This document shows positions 62,201-64,000 of a stretch of DNA of 64,000 nt, piece after piece (the stretch's first letter is position 1; every line of letters starts with the position of its first letter). Source of the DNA: Octopus vulgaris (lineage: Eukaryota); the NCBI GenBank assembly GCA_951406725.2, contig OX597815.1, forward strand, positions 95,604,001 through 95,668,000, written 5' to 3'. The notes below the pieces were generated by a model. That model did no database searches, was not told the origin of the DNA, and was given only the letters and a program-made list of their open reading frames with translations. Both the position numbers and the translations under genes were made by a program.

Positions 62201-63560
62201 ATAACGAAAAACAAAAAATGGGAATGAAATTCTGAAATACATCAGAAAAAAAAGACATCACAGAAACAAATAATTTGATCAATGTAGCAAGAATTGCTGC
62301 AGCAGAAAATGGGTATTGATGTCAAGAAAAAGAAATATAATGGAACTGAGAAACGAGAAGATCTATCGTGGAAAAGAAAAATACAGGTGGTTTTAGATAA
62401 GCTCTCGAATGACATTTCTGTGTTAGCACTAAAAATACTGAACAAGAAGTATGATATTGTAAGAAAGGCCCTGAAAGTGGTAATGGAGGAACTGAAATAG
62501 CACCTTGTTTCAAAGAAAGCACCGATGGTAAGATACGATCAAAGAATGAAGGGATAGCAGCAGAATAGGTTATTCAGGGTAGATCAGAAGAGATTCTACA
62601 AGGAAAGAAATGAAGAATGTACAAATGAAAAGTTGATACCAGACAACATTGAGAATCAAAGGTTCTGAGTGGTTGCAAGAATTGGAACAAACAATAGTCC
62701 AAAACTGGCAGAACTAGTCATTTCCGTTAGGGAAGTGAAGGAAGTAAAAAAAAATGGGGCAACTGGAAGACCTCGGGACCAGATGGAATTCAAGGTTATT
62801 GGATCAAAAGATTTGGTGAATGCCCTGCACAAATAGCTGCAACACCTTGTTAAGTGCCGACCAACTAACGCCAGAGTGTTTGACAATGGGTAGAACAGTG
62901 TTGTGCTTGAAAACATCGAAAAAGGCAATACGGTAGACAATTACGAGCCGATCTCTTGCTTGTCACTTATTTGCATATTATTGACTGGGATAGTAAAAAC
63001 AAATGGAACCCTGCCACATAAGCAGAATGGTTGCAAGCATAAGCGCAGAGGTACCAAGGATCAACTCCTGGTAGACAAAACCGAAATAATAATAATAATA
63101 ATAATAATAATATGGAATTTATGAAACTATTGGGTATTGCATCGAATGTTGAGCGATTGCTTGAAAAATGTATGGCGAAGTGGAGGACGGAACTGACAGC
63201 ATATGGAAGAAGTTTAAGAACGATAAGAATCAGGAGAGGCAGCTTCCAAGGGGACTGCCTTTTCCCGCTGATCTTTGTACTGTGTATGATACCACTAACA
63301 CGAGGAAAACAAAGGTTGGATATATATTCAATAGCCTCCAACAAAAAGTCAAGCACTTGTTATTCATGGATGGCCCCAAATTTTATGGTAGAGATGAATC
63401 CCATATCAGTTCCCTCGTTGATACGCTGCATACACGGCAGTGAAGAAGGAACGGACATGGGCATGGTATGTAAAAAATGCCACAGAACCGCTATTATTGT
63501 GTTGGATGGAAGGTTGCAAATATAAAGCACCGTACAAGCAGTTGAGAATGAATGAAACTG
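62200..63560 (+). mobile_element. R4/Dong-type LINE decayed N-terminal/RT fragment
   Basis: ITETNNLI, NYEPISCL, QNGCKHKRRGTKDQLLVDK, IRRGSFQGDCLFPLIFVLCMIPL and KHLLFMDG. Confidence 0.85.
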
Positions 63561-64000
63561 AAACATAAACACAATTACCTTAATGTGCCAACCTGTTGAT
63601 CAACATCGAAGTCGTAATGCTGGAAAGTGAGCAATGTAATATTGCAGCCTGGTCTACGTCGATTTATTGCTTTGATTTGTCGTAATTCATTTATATAAAC
63701 AATTTATCATAATTTAAAAAAAAATAAATTGAATTTATTTAACATGTCTTGTTTTTGTACGTATGCATCTAAATAGATGGATTAATGTGTGTTTTTGTGG
63801 CCGATTGATTTAATTTGATATATAGCATCTTGTGAAAAAAGTTGCTTGAGAATTAATTGGATTTTTTGCTGCGCTTGTTTATTCCGTTAATTGGATAATG
63901 TTAATGTCTTGTGTGTACTAAGTTTTTGTATGTGAAGCGAATTCTAGTGATAACGTTTCATATATGATAACACGTTGTTTAAGTTATGTTCATACCGATA

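Noticed and set aside
1-64000. CRISPR arrays, operons, rRNA or other prokaryotic systems
   Set aside because: There is no repeat-spacer periodicity or gene-dense organisation. The sequence is eukaryotic repeat-rich DNA.

Overview
AT-rich eukaryotic DNA that is almost entirely repeats, with dense (TA)n, (CA)n and (AAT)n tracts. The tRNA-derived SINE families and microsatellite profile suggest an octopus/cephalopod genome (inference). I found no supportable host protein-coding exon, so this is probably intronic or intergenic. The window holds Tc1/mariner remnants and MITEs, a decayed Gypsy element (21.4-25.5 kb), CR1-like and RTE LINE fragments, and several Penelope-like element (PLE) fragments. 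It also holds a cluster of R4/Dong-type RLE LINEs in (AAT)n tracts, including an 868-codon open frame at 50357-52963. Three things stand out. (1) A 2.24-kb retroposon (38392-40630, minus) with a perfect 15-bp target-site duplication encodes only a gag/ORF1-like CCHC protein and sits inside a SINE tRNA head (HAL1-like). (2) Many type I hammerhead ribozyme folds occur, including a G3-C8 core swap and a recurring A6U core. (3) An apparent element with a tRNA head, (AAT)n and a hammerhead tail was split by a Dong insertion. All calls come from manual motif reading, and boundaries of decayed elements are approximate.
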